DNA from: an uncultured delta proteobacterium
GTDB lineage: Bacteria > Desulfobacterota > Binatia > Binatales > Binataceae
Assembly (NCBI GenBank): GCA_963794325.1
Contig: CAWCDG010000004.1
Coordinates: 1,536,001-1,600,000 of the forward strand
Length of the DNA: 64,000 bases
Direction: 5' to 3'
Below the pieces are notes generated by a model. The model was not told the DNA's origin. It was given only the letters and a program-made list of their open reading frames with translations, and made no database searches. The translations under genes were made by a program, and so were the position numbers. Within the stretch, counting starts at the first letter, position 1. Every line of letters starts with the position of its first letter. Shown piece after piece: positions 10,304 through 19,859 of the stretch.

Positions 10304-12199
10304 ATGTCAAACTCCAGTCCCCCTCTGATTCCACGCCGGGTTTTGCTGGGAGCCCCAAAGCGATGGCAGCCGACGATTTCACCCAATGGGGAGCAGCTAG
10401 CCTACCTCGCTCCTGACGATCGGGACGTCCTGCAGATCTGGGTGCGAACGCTGGGAAATAGTGATGATCGATGTGTGAGCCGCGCGCTCCGGCCGGTCTG
10501 GTTTTATGCGTGGAGCCGCGATTCGAAGACGGTCTTCTGCTTTCAGGACCAGGACGGCGACGAGAACTGGCATGTACAAGCGATCGACCTGGAGTCGCAG
10601 AACGTGCGCGACCTGACTCCGTGGCAGGGCGTGCGATGCCAAAACACGATGACCAGCGCGAAGCGGCCCGGCGAGATTCTAGCTGTGCTCAACGTCCGCG
10701 ACCGCAAGCTGATGGACGTGTGGCGGATCGACCTGCGAACGGGTGCGGCGACGCTCGAAGTGGAAAATCCCGGGGACGTTGAACGGTGGGTGGCCGACGA
10801 TGACCTCGTGGTGCGCGCCGCGCGGGTCCGCACCGCCGATGATGGTTTCGAAGTGCGCGTGCGCATCGATTACGCATCGCCGTGGCGGACGCTTCTGAGC
10901 ACCGCGCCCGATGGATGGGTACTTCCGCTGGGCTTCAGCCAGGATGGGCGCGACCTCTTCCTCCTTTCGTCGCTCGGAAGCGACACCATCCGAGTGGTCG
11001 CACGCGAGATCGAGTCGGGCGATGAGAGTGTAATCGCCGCGATGGACGGCTTTGATGCTGATCGGGTGATGATCCATCCGACTCGGCGGGTGATCGAGGC
11101 GGTGTCGTTCGAACCCGGACGACGGCAATGGAGCGTGATCGATCCCGGCATCGCGGCGGACTTCGAGGCGATCCGCAGCCTCGATAACGGCGACTTCCGC
11201 ATCGTGAGCCGCGACTCTGATGACCGCAAGTGGATCGTTGAGTTCCAGAGCGCTCACCGTTCAAGCCGGTACTTCCTGTGGGACCGCGCCGCGAGGAAGG
11301 CGGACTTTCTGTTCAGCGATCGACCCGAGCTCGACCAGGTTCAACTCGCCGAGGTCCGCCCGATCAAATATCGCGCGCGCGACGGGATTGAAGTGCATGG
11401 CTACCTGGCGTTGCCGGCAAGGCTCCAGCCGCTAAATCTACCGCTCGTACTCAATGTCCACGGCGGGCCGTGGCTGCGCGATTACTGGACGCTCGACATG
11501 TGGACACAGCTTCTTGCTAATCGCGGCTACGCGGTGCTTCAGCCAAACTTTCGCGGTTCGATGGGCTACGGGATGAAGCATCTCCACGCAGGAGATCGGC
11601 AGTGGGGCCTCGCGATGCAGGACGACCTGACCGATGCGGTGATGTGGGCAGTCGAGGAGGGCATCGCCGACCGCGAGCGGGTTGCGATCATCGGGCTTTC
11701 ATACGGAGGCTATGCGGCGGTTGCGGGTGCGGCCTTCACGCCCGACCTCTACAAGTGCGCGATCGACCTGTGCGGCTCATGCAATCTGTTCACGATGATC
11801 AGATCGTTTCCGTCCCATATTGCAATGCGCGCCCTGTGGAATGCGCGGGTGGGAAATCCCGACGACCCGGCAGATAAGGAGTTGTTGACGGATGCGTCAC
11901 CCATATTCGCGGCGGATAGAATCCGGATTCCGCTTCTGATCGCGCTAGGCGCCAACGACTCGCGCGTCAAGCAGTCCGAAGCCGAAGAGATCGTGGCGGC
12001 GATCGAGAAGAACGAAGGGTCTGCGATATACGTGCTCTATCCGGATGAGGGCCATGGGCTAGTGCGACCGGAGAACAATCAAGATTTTATGGCGCGCGCC
12101 GAGCGCTTTCTCGCTGAGCATCTCGGTGGACGATATGAATCTGTAGAGGGCGAGCGAATTCCAGGTTCGTCCGCAACCGTAAGAACGATCGGATACTAA
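10304..12199 (+). CDS. S9 family (prolyl oligopeptidase / acylaminoacyl peptidase-like) serine hydrolase
   Basis: N-terminal propeller-like region; VHGGP, QPNFRGS, nucleophile GLSYGG, acid GANDSRV, base DEGHG. Confidence 0.9.
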   Translation: MSNSSPPLIPRRVLLGAPKRWQPTISPNGEQLAYLAPDDRDVLQIWVRTLGNSDDRCVSRALRPVWFYAWSRDSKTVFCFQDQDGDENWHVQAIDLESQNVRDLTPWQGVRCQNTMTSAKRPGEILAVLNVRDRKLMDVWRIDLRTGAATLEVENPGDVERWVADDDLVVRAARVRTADDGFEVRVRIDYASPWRTLLSTAPDGWVLPLGFSQDGRDLFLLSSLGSDTIRVVAREIESGDESVIAAMDGFDADRVMIHPTRRVIEAVSFEPGRRQWSVIDPGIAADFEAIRSLDNGDFRIVSRDSDDRKWIVEFQSAHRSSRYFLWDRAARKADFLFSDRPELDQVQLAEVRPIKYRARDGIEVHGYLALPARLQPLNLPLVLNVHGGPWLRDYWTLDMWTQLLANRGYAVLQPNFRGSMGYGMKHLHAGDRQWGLAMQDDLTDAVMWAVEEGIADRERVAIIGLSYGGYAAVAGAAFTPDLYKCAIDLCGSCNLFTMIRSFPSHIAMRALWNARVGNPDDPADKELLTDASPIFAADRIRIPLLIALGANDSRVKQSEAEEIVAAIEKNEGSAIYVLYPDEGHGLVRPENNQDFMARAERFLAEHLGGRYESVEGERIPGSSATVRTIGY

Positions 12200-13416
12200 T
12201 GGACGGCGGCTACCGCGTTGCGTGCCTGGTCAGTCATCCGATCCAGTACCAGGCGCCGCTGTTTCGTTATCTCGCGGCGCGTCCCGGAATCGGGCTGACA
12301 GTTTTTTTCCTCAGTGATTTGTCGGTGCACGCCTATCGCGATTCGGGCTTTGGCCTGGACGTGAAATGGGACCTGCCGCTGCTCGACGGCTACCAGCATG
12401 AGTTCCTGCCGCGCATCGGCTCCGGCAGCGGACTGTCGTTCTGGCGCCCGTGGACCTTCGGGCTTCGCGCGCGGCTGCGGCGCGGGCAATTCGATGCGCT
12501 GTGGGTTCACGGCTATGCGCATCGGGGATGCCTGGCGGGAATTGCCGCGGCGAAATCGCTGAACATCCCGGTGCTGCTCCGCGGGGAGTCCAATCTGCTG
12601 AGCGAAACCGACGACGCGCTGAAGCTGGGCGTCAAGCGTATCGCGATGCCCGCGTTGCTGCGAACAATTGACGGCGTCCTCGCGATCGGGCAACTCAATC
12701 GCGACTACTATCTTCGTTACGGTGTCGGCGGCCAGCGAATTTTCCCGATGCCTTACGCTGTCGACAACGAATTTTTCCGAACCGCTGCGGAGCGCGCGCG
12801 ACCGCATCGCGAACGGCTGCGCGGGGAGCTTGGGTTGAAGCCGGGACGGGCGGTAATTCTGTTCGCATCGAAGATGCAGCCGCACAAGCGCGCCGGCGAT
12901 TTGCTCGAGGCTTATGCGCGCCTGTCGCCCGACGGAGTTGCGGAACCTGAGTCGTACCTGGTATTCGCCGGCGACGGCGAAGAGCGGGCCAATCTGGAAC
13001 GCCGCGCACGCGAGCTGAAGTGGGACTCGATCCGTTTCATCGGGTTTCGCAATCAATCCGAACTCCCGCCGCTCTACGATCTGTGCGACGTGTTCGTTCT
13101 GCCGTCTGATCGCGAGCCGTGGGGCCTGGTGGTCAACGAAGCGATGAACGCAGGTAAGCCGGTGATAGTTAGCGATCGCGTCGGCGCCGGGCCGGATTTG
13201 ATCGACGACGGCGTGAACGGATTTGTATATCCGGCACGCGACGTCGCCGCGCTGGCGGCCCGCCTGCGCCAGCTTATAGACAGCACCGAGCATCGCATCG
13301 CGATGGGCGCACGCGCGCTCGAAAGGATCGCGCGACTTGATTTTGCCGCAGACCGAGACGGCTTGTTAGCGGCGCTCGATTCTATTGTCGGCAAAAAGGC
13401 GCGCGCCGCCGCCTGA
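12199..13416 (+). CDS. GT4 glycosyltransferase
   Basis: SHPIQYQAPLFR N-terminus; EPWGLVVNEAMNAGKPVI. Confidence 0.9.
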   Translation: MDGGYRVACLVSHPIQYQAPLFRYLAARPGIGLTVFFLSDLSVHAYRDSGFGLDVKWDLPLLDGYQHEFLPRIGSGSGLSFWRPWTFGLRARLRRGQFDALWVHGYAHRGCLAGIAAAKSLNIPVLLRGESNLLSETDDALKLGVKRIAMPALLRTIDGVLAIGQLNRDYYLRYGVGGQRIFPMPYAVDNEFFRTAAERARPHRERLRGELGLKPGRAVILFASKMQPHKRAGDLLEAYARLSPDGVAEPESYLVFAGDGEERANLERRARELKWDSIRFIGFRNQSELPPLYDLCDVFVLPSDREPWGLVVNEAMNAGKPVIVSDRVGAGPDLIDDGVNGFVYPARDVAALAARLRQLIDSTEHRIAMGARALERIARLDFAADRDGLLAALDSIVGKKARAAA

Positions 13417-13456
13417 CACAGTATCTATCGATCGGATGAGCCTGTAGTTTGATAGC

Positions 13457-15646
13457 TTGCAAAAAATAGGACGAGCGGCGACATATGCGGCGATCGCCGT
13501 AGTTCTGATGATGGTTTCGGTTAGTGATGCCGGCGGCCCCGATACTTGGGCCACTCGCACCTCAGACCCGAGCCCCCCGAACGGTGTCACCAGCGGCGAG
13601 ATCAACGGGATCATCTACCTGTATGGCTATGTCGACACCGGAGTCGACATGGGTCACGGTGTCCTGGGCATCTACAACCCGGCCACAGATTCATGGACGA
13701 CCGGCGCATCGCCCGGCGTCGCTCGCGTAGACCCCAACATCGGCGTCATCAATGGCAAGATGTACGTGGTCGGCGGCTGCATCACCTCGGATTGCAGAAT
13801 CGGCGTCACGAGTGCGCTCGAAATCTACGATCCCGTTGGCAACTCGTGGTTGAATGGTGCGCCGATGCCGACCGCGCGCTACGGAGCCGCGTCTGGTGTA
13901 ATCGCGGGCAAGCTGTATGTCAGCGGCGGAGACACGGCATGTCCGCCATGCGTGAACACCGATGTTACCGAAATTTACGACCCGACCATGAACGCATGGA
14001 CGACCGGCGCGTCGATCCCACTCTCATTCGACAACATGACCGGCGCCGTCGCCGGTGGACTGCTCTATGCGATTGGCGGCTACGAACAGGGGATCAGCGC
14101 CGCGGTCAGTAATGTGCAGGTCTATGACCCCGTCGCCAACAGTTGGTCCACAGGTTCGGCGATGCCGACCGCGCGGCAAGGGGCGATCGCGGGAATCATC
14201 AATGGCGACATCTATGTGGTCGGGGGATCCAGCACCGCCGCTCTGGCGACCAACGAAAGTTACGACCCGTCGACCGATATGTGGACCGAGCGCACCTCGG
14301 TGCCCACACTGCGGAGCGGGATAGCTGGCAGCGTCGTCAACTCGAACCTGTATGCTATCGACGGGACCGTGAGCGGGGTCCCCGTCGGTACGAACGAGGA
14401 GTACACGGCGCCCACGGCCTCGGCGACCCGCACTCCGACGCCGACCGCAACCGCTACTCCCACGAGCACTGCGACGCCGACCGCAAGCATCACAGCAACC
14501 CCAACTGCATCCGCGACGGCCACTGTCACCGCCACGCTAACAGCTACGCCAACGGCCACTGTCACTGCCACGCTAACAGCTACGGCCACGGCCACTGTCA
14601 CCGCCACGCCAACAGCTACCGCGACGGCTTCCTCGACGGCGACAGCCACTGCCACAGCGTCGGCTACCGCAACCGCCACACCGACGGCGACGTCAACCCC
14701 GGTGCATGCCACGCTCAAGGCTGCGCCGAAGTCGCTAAAATTCGGCAGCGAGTTCGTTGGCGTGATGAGCAAGCCGAAGAACCTCGTGCTCAGCAACCTG
14801 AAGAACATCAAGTTGAACGCGCCTATCACGATTTTCTCGATCCAGCCCAGCACGAAGGAGTTTGCAGCCTCGCAGAATTGCCTGGGTCAACTCGCCGCGG
14901 GCGCCACATGCGATGTCGCGGTGACTTTCACTCCGGCCGGTATCGGCCATCGCAAAGCGAAGCTGGTTATCGCAAGCAATGCGATCAATCGGTCGCTGTC
15001 GGTGCCGCTTAAGGGCATCGGCAAGGGCGTTCGTGGAGCGACGGCGACGCCTACTGCGACGATGACGCCGACTGCGACTCCGACTCACACCGGCTCGCCG
15101 ACTCCGACTGCAACCGCTACTGCGAGCGTATCGGCGACACCGACTTTCACTGCAACGCCAACGGGCACGGGCACTGCGAAGACTCCGACCGCGACTCCGA
15201 CTCGAACCACCACCATCACCGCGACTCCAACTCGCACCGCTACCGCGACCCGCACCGTAACGCCAACGCCCACCGCGACTCCGACTCCAGTGTCGATTGG
15301 AGTGGGCGGTTGCAACGTCAGCTACGTGAGCGGCGGTGCGGAGTGCTCGGCTTCCGGCCCGCCGGGCATCGACCTTTGCACCGGCAGCACCACGGTCAAC
15401 ATCAAGTGCAAGGTTACCACCGGCTCGGTTGTGGTGACTTTTGGAAGCGATTCCGACTTTATTGTTTGCAATGCGACGGTGCCCGCGGGAAGTACTCCGG
15501 GACTGATTCCGGTTCCATGCACTGCCCAACCAATCGTTCAGGGCGATTGCCCGCCGGGAGACTCGATCGTGGTTGGCGACGACAATACTGTCACGCTCGG
15601 ACAGGGCACCGTGCCGTTTATGTGGACCTGCGATCCGGGCGCCTGA
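13457..15646 (+). CDS. Secreted/surface protein: six Kelch repeats, Thr/Ala/Pro linker, Ig-like (choice-of-anchor D/ASH-type) domain, second Thr/Pro linker, 8-Cys C-terminal domain
   Basis: Signal peptide; six Kelch blades (e.g. INGKMYVVGG...EIYDP...W); LKFGSEFVG...CDVAVTFTP...LVIASNA...VPLKGIG Ig-like segment; TATPT runs. Confidence 0.8.
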   Translation: MQKIGRAATYAAIAVVLMMVSVSDAGGPDTWATRTSDPSPPNGVTSGEINGIIYLYGYVDTGVDMGHGVLGIYNPATDSWTTGASPGVARVDPNIGVINGKMYVVGGCITSDCRIGVTSALEIYDPVGNSWLNGAPMPTARYGAASGVIAGKLYVSGGDTACPPCVNTDVTEIYDPTMNAWTTGASIPLSFDNMTGAVAGGLLYAIGGYEQGISAAVSNVQVYDPVANSWSTGSAMPTARQGAIAGIINGDIYVVGGSSTAALATNESYDPSTDMWTERTSVPTLRSGIAGSVVNSNLYAIDGTVSGVPVGTNEEYTAPTASATRTPTPTATATPTSTATPTASITATPTASATATVTATLTATPTATVTATLTATATATVTATPTATATASSTATATATASATATATPTATSTPVHATLKAAPKSLKFGSEFVGVMSKPKNLVLSNLKNIKLNAPITIFSIQPSTKEFAASQNCLGQLAAGATCDVAVTFTPAGIGHRKAKLVIASNAINRSLSVPLKGIGKGVRGATATPTATMTPTATPTHTGSPTPTATATASVSATPTFTATPTGTGTAKTPTATPTRTTTITATPTRTATATRTVTPTPTATPTPVSIGVGGCNVSYVSGGAECSASGPPGIDLCTGSTTVNIKCKVTTGSVVVTFGSDSDFIVCNATVPAGSTPGLIPVPCTAQPIVQGDCPPGDSIVVGDDNTVTLGQGTVPFMWTCDPGA
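14516..14620 (+). repeat. ~3 x 36-bp coding tandem repeat (TATVTATLTATP)
   Basis: ACGGCCACTGTCAC(C/T)GCCACGC(T/C)AACAGCTAC units begin at 14516, 14552 and 14588. Confidence 0.8.
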
Positions 15647-15665
15647 AACCAATAATCCGCCATCA

Positions 15666-16697
15666 ATGGATGCGACGCGGAAAACGATCTCGGCAATAGT
15701 TCCGGTCTTCAACGGAGAGGCTACGATTGCCGCTGCGATCGACAGCGCGCTCGCGCAGAAGTTCGACGGCGCACTCGAGGTGATCGTCGTCAATGACGGT
15801 TCGACCGATGCGACCTCGAGCGTGCTCGATGCGTATCGCGGGCGCGTGACCGTGCTCGATCGCGTCAATGGCGGTCCGGCCGCCGCGCGCAACGCGGGAG
15901 TGCGCGCGTCGCACGCCGAGTACCTCGCGTTCCTGGACGCCGATGACATCTGGATGCCCGGCAAGCTCGAGAAGACATTGGCAGCGCTCGACAGCGACAG
16001 TGGCGCCGCGATGGTCTATACGAACGCATCGATGATGGCTGCCAACGGCGAAATGCTTGGCGTCACCTATACTCCCGAAAATGAAAGGCGCGCGCCCGCG
16101 ATGGAGGACATGCTGTCGGGGCTCTGGAATATTTTGCCCAGCACCGCCGTGATGAAGCGCGCGACCTTCGACGCGATCGGCGGATTCCACGAAGAATTCG
16201 CAACCGGGCATCCGCAATGGGAAGACAGCTACTTCATGCTCGTCGCGCGCGAGCATGGCCGCTTCGTGTATCTCGATGAGCCTACCGTCTTCTACCGGGT
16301 GGCAGGTTCGGTGGCGGATAGCCTGAAGCGGCGCCGCGTGTGGAAGAATGAATCGAAGAATCCCGAAACGTCGCGCGTCGATCGTTACGTGCGCAATTCG
16401 GAATTGATCCAGCGCTTGGTGCGCGATCGGTTCGGCAATCGCGCGGTACAACTGCTCGCTGCGATACGCCGCGCAACCGCCGGCTTGCTGGTCAGCGTCG
16501 GACTGACTGCGATGCTTGAATACGATCGAATCTTCGCGCGGCGCTGTTACCGGCTCGCGCTGCATTACGATCCCGTCAACCCGAAGACCTACGTGCGTAT
16601 CGCATGGACTTACCTGCCGGAGCGCATCGCGCGCACAATATCGGCACTGTTGCCCCCTAGAATTCAGCGTGCGGTCTCGGGTCCCGCGCATGCTTGA
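15666..16697 (+). CDS. GT2 glycosyltransferase (paralogue 1 of 4)
   Basis: ISAIVPVFN, VVNDGSTD, ARNAG, FLDADD; ATG 15666 preferred over the overlapping upstream start. Confidence 0.9.
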   Translation: MDATRKTISAIVPVFNGEATIAAAIDSALAQKFDGALEVIVVNDGSTDATSSVLDAYRGRVTVLDRVNGGPAAARNAGVRASHAEYLAFLDADDIWMPGKLEKTLAALDSDSGAAMVYTNASMMAANGEMLGVTYTPENERRAPAMEDMLSGLWNILPSTAVMKRATFDAIGGFHEEFATGHPQWEDSYFMLVAREHGRFVYLDEPTVFYRVAGSVADSLKRRRVWKNESKNPETSRVDRYVRNSELIQRLVRDRFGNRAVQLLAAIRRATAGLLVSVGLTAMLEYDRIFARRCYRLALHYDPVNPKTYVRIAWTYLPERIARTISALLPPRIQRAVSGPAHA

Positions 16698-17793
16698 GCA
16701 GCGCGCGACAACGGGGCGCGGCCTTAATACTGAAAAAAAAGTGTCGGTCGTGATTCCCGCCTACAACGCCGAGGCAACCATTGCCGAGACGCTGGAGAGT
16801 GTGTTCGCGCAGCGCTTCGACCGCGGGTTCGAAGTGATTGTCGTAAACGATGGGTCTACCGACGGCACGCGCGCGATGCTCGAAAAATTCGACGATCGGA
16901 TTCGCATAATCGAGCAGCCGAGACGGGGCGTGTCTGCGGCGCGCAACGCCGGTATCCGGGCGGCGGCAGGAGAATATATCGCGCTGCTCGACGCCGACGA
17001 CGCCTGGACCGAGGACAAGCTCGAGAAGACGATTGCGGCGCTCGAGAAAAACCCGGCGTGCGTGGCGGCATTCTCGGATGCGACCATAGTGGAAAGCCCG
17101 GGTCGGCTCCTTGCGCCGAACTATGTCGACACCGCGCACTATCATTCGCCGACGCTCGACGAGTTGCTCAATCCGAGGTCGTGGCCGATTCTGCCCAGCT
17201 CGATAGTGGTGCGGCGGGAGACGATGCTCGAGATTGGGGGCTTTCCCGAGGAGTTTGCGGCGAGCGACTATTTCGGGGAAGACACATTTGCGTTCATCCT
17301 GATGCGCGAGCGCGGCGAGATGGTCTTTGTGCCCGAGCAATTGGTGCGGTACCGGATGCCGGAGTGGGAGGAACGGCTGACCAAGCGAATTGGACCGCTC
17401 AATTTCGACGGTGCCAGCGAATCACGCGGCCGAATTGAAGATCCCAACGCGTACTTCAGAGGAAACCGCGTCTTTGCGAAGCTTATGCGCGATCGATTCG
17501 GCGCTCGCGGGCGCGAACTGGCGGACGCCAAAGTCGACGAAGCAGCGCGCGAGCTGGTGATGATGGGAATGATTGCGATGCACGGGGGCAATCGCTGGTA
17601 CGCGCGGCGCTGTTACCGCGCGTCGATTGGTCATCGCCCGCTGTGGTTGAAGACCTGGTTCCGGCTCGGGTGGGCGATGCTTCCGGACGGCGTTTCGCGG
17701 CGGCTCTCACCGATGCTTTCGCCGGGGCTGCATCGCAGTCTTTCAGGTCCGCCGTTCCTGGAGTCCGCGCGCGACAACGGAGCGCGGCCTTAA
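16690..17793 (+). CDS. GT2 glycosyltransferase (paralogue 2 of 4)
   Basis: VSVVIPAYN, VVNDGSTD, LLDADD; ATG 16690 overlaps the previous stop. Confidence 0.88.
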   Translation: MLEQRATTGRGLNTEKKVSVVIPAYNAEATIAETLESVFAQRFDRGFEVIVVNDGSTDGTRAMLEKFDDRIRIIEQPRRGVSAARNAGIRAAAGEYIALLDADDAWTEDKLEKTIAALEKNPACVAAFSDATIVESPGRLLAPNYVDTAHYHSPTLDELLNPRSWPILPSSIVVRRETMLEIGGFPEEFAASDYFGEDTFAFILMRERGEMVFVPEQLVRYRMPEWEERLTKRIGPLNFDGASESRGRIEDPNAYFRGNRVFAKLMRDRFGARGRELADAKVDEAARELVMMGMIAMHGGNRWYARRCYRASIGHRPLWLKTWFRLGWAMLPDGVSRRLSPMLSPGLHRSLSGPPFLESARDNGARP

Positions 17794-17804
17794 TACTGAA
17801 AAAC

Positions 17805-18839
17805 ATGAAAGTCTCGGTCGTGATTCCCACGTTTAACGTCGAAGGCACTATTGCCGAGACGCTGGACAGCGTGTTTGCGCAGCGCTTCGACGGCAGTTTC
17901 GAGGTGATTGTCGTCAACGACGGCTCGACCGATGGCACGTCCGGAGTGCTCGCAAAGTTCGGCGATCGGATTCGCGTGATCGAGCAGCCGAACCGGGGGA
18001 TCGCTGCGGCACGAAACGCCGGTATTTGGGCGGCGACGGGCGAATATGTCGCGCTGCTGGACGGCGACGATACCTGGACCGACGGGATGCTTCAGAAGAC
18101 GGTGCCAGTGCTCGATAGAAATCCGGCATGCGCGGCGGTCTTTGGGGACGGGATGCTGGTGGATCTCGCCGGCAGGATCGTCTCGCCACACTACGTCGAG
18201 CCCGGATTCGATCACTCGCCGACGCTTGACGAAATGCTCGCGGACGCGTGGCCGATACTGGTCGGCGCGATCCTGATACGGCGCGAGACACTACTCGCAA
18301 CCGGAGGCTTTTCCGAGGAATTCGACGCGGGCGCCTACGGAGGCGAGGACACGTTCGCGTTCATCCTGATACGCGAGCACGGTGAAATCGTATATGTGCC
18401 GGAGACGCTGATGCGCTACCGGCGGCCGGACTTCAGGCAAAGGGCTGCCAAGCGTGTCGCCGCGCTCGAGCGAGACGGGAAATCGCGCGGCGGCGCCCTT
18501 GATCCGGAAATCTACTTTGCAGGGCACCGAGTCTTTGAGCGCGTCATGCGCGAACGATTCGGCGCTCGCGGCAACATGCTCGTAGAGGATTCGATTGACA
18601 GGAAGGCGCGCGAGCTGGTGACCCTCGGCATGATGGCGATGCATGAGGGCAATCGCGGGCTCGCGCGGCGATGTTACCGGAGCGCGATTCGCAATCGGCC
18701 GGCAACAATGAAGACGTACTTTCGGCTGCTGTGGGCGATGTTGCCGGAGGGCCTCGCGCGAGTACTGTCCCCGATGCTTTCATCGCGGCTCCGGCAGAGC
18801 GTGTCAGGTCCGCCAGCCCTGGAGCAGCGGCCGCTATGA
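17805..18839 (+). CDS. GT2 glycosyltransferase (paralogue 3 of 4)
   Basis: MKVSVVIPTFN, VVNDGSTD, LLDGDD. Confidence 0.9.
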   Translation: MKVSVVIPTFNVEGTIAETLDSVFAQRFDGSFEVIVVNDGSTDGTSGVLAKFGDRIRVIEQPNRGIAAARNAGIWAATGEYVALLDGDDTWTDGMLQKTVPVLDRNPACAAVFGDGMLVDLAGRIVSPHYVEPGFDHSPTLDEMLADAWPILVGAILIRRETLLATGGFSEEFDAGAYGGEDTFAFILIREHGEIVYVPETLMRYRRPDFRQRAAKRVAALERDGKSRGGALDPEIYFAGHRVFERVMRERFGARGNMLVEDSIDRKARELVTLGMMAMHEGNRGLARRCYRSAIRNRPATMKTYFRLLWAMLPEGLARVLSPMLSSRLRQSVSGPPALEQRPL

Positions 18840-19849
18840 AAGTGTCGGTCGTAATACCCGTGTACAATTGCGAACGGACGATAGCCGCCTCGGTTGAAAG
18901 CGCGCTGGCCCAGCGGTTCGGCGGCGAATTCGAGGTGATCGTCGTCAACGATGGATCGACCGACGGCACGCGCCCGGCACTCGAAAAATTTGGGCCTCGG
19001 ATCCGCGTCATCGATCAGGAGAACGCGGGCGTCGCGTCGGCGCGCAACGCGGGAATTCGGGCGGCCGCGGGAGAATACATCGCGCTGCTCGACGCCGACG
19101 ATACGTGGATGGAAGACAAGCTCGCGAAGACGGTCCCGGTGCTCGAGCAGAATCCGGCGTGCGTGTCGGTGTTCTCGGACGCGGTGCAGGTCGATGGAGC
19201 GGGAAACATGGTCGTTCCGTATTTCGTCCCGCCGCATCAGGCGCATTCGCCGACGCTGGATGAAACGCTCGAACAGTGCTGGATGATTCAACCGAGCGCG
19301 ACGGTGACGCGGAGGGCGACTCTGATCGCGACCGGAGGATTTCCGGAAGAATTCGGCCGTCGCGCATACGGCGGCGAAGATACCTATGCGTTTCTCCTCG
19401 TGCGCGAGCGCGGAGAGATACACTTCGTTCCGGAAAAACTGGTGCGCTATCGGCTCTCGGAATTCAATGAGAACTACGCCAAGCGGGTCAGATCGGGCGA
19501 CAAAAGCCCTGAACAGATGTTTGGCGGCTATCTGATATTCGCGCGAATGGTACGCGATCGTTACGGCGCGCGCGGCCGGCCGCTGGTCCGCCTCGCGACC
19601 GACACAGTAGGAAGCGGATTGGTGAGCTTGGGCCTGATGGCGATGCACGAGGGCGATCGCGCGCTGGCCCGCCAATATTACCGCGAGTCGCTTCGCTATC
19701 GGCCGCTGGACCTGAAGACTTACGTGCGGATGTCGTGGGCGGTGTTGCCGGTCGGAATTGCGGACAAGTTCATCGGATTCCTGACCCCGCGGATGCGGCG
19801 CAGCCTGTCGGGTCCACCGTTCCACGTTTTGCATAACCGTCCGAACTGA
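18836..19849 (+). CDS. GT2 glycosyltransferase (paralogue 4 of 4)
   Basis: MKVSVVIPVYN, VVNDGSTD, LLDADD; ATGA overlap with paralogue 3. Confidence 0.9.
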   Translation: MKVSVVIPVYNCERTIAASVESALAQRFGGEFEVIVVNDGSTDGTRPALEKFGPRIRVIDQENAGVASARNAGIRAAAGEYIALLDADDTWMEDKLAKTVPVLEQNPACVSVFSDAVQVDGAGNMVVPYFVPPHQAHSPTLDETLEQCWMIQPSATVTRRATLIATGGFPEEFGRRAYGGEDTYAFLLVRERGEIHFVPEKLVRYRLSEFNENYAKRVRSGDKSPEQMFGGYLIFARMVRDRYGARGRPLVRLATDTVGSGLVSLGLMAMHEGDRALARQYYRESLRYRPLDLKTYVRMSWAVLPVGIADKFIGFLTPRMRRSLSGPPFHVLHNRPN

Positions 19850-19859
19850 ACTGGAATCC

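Noticed and set aside
14400-15290. Thr-rich repeats considered as a CRISPR array or non-coding repeat
   Set aside because: They are in-frame low-complexity coding linkers with no repeat-spacer structure and no cas genes.
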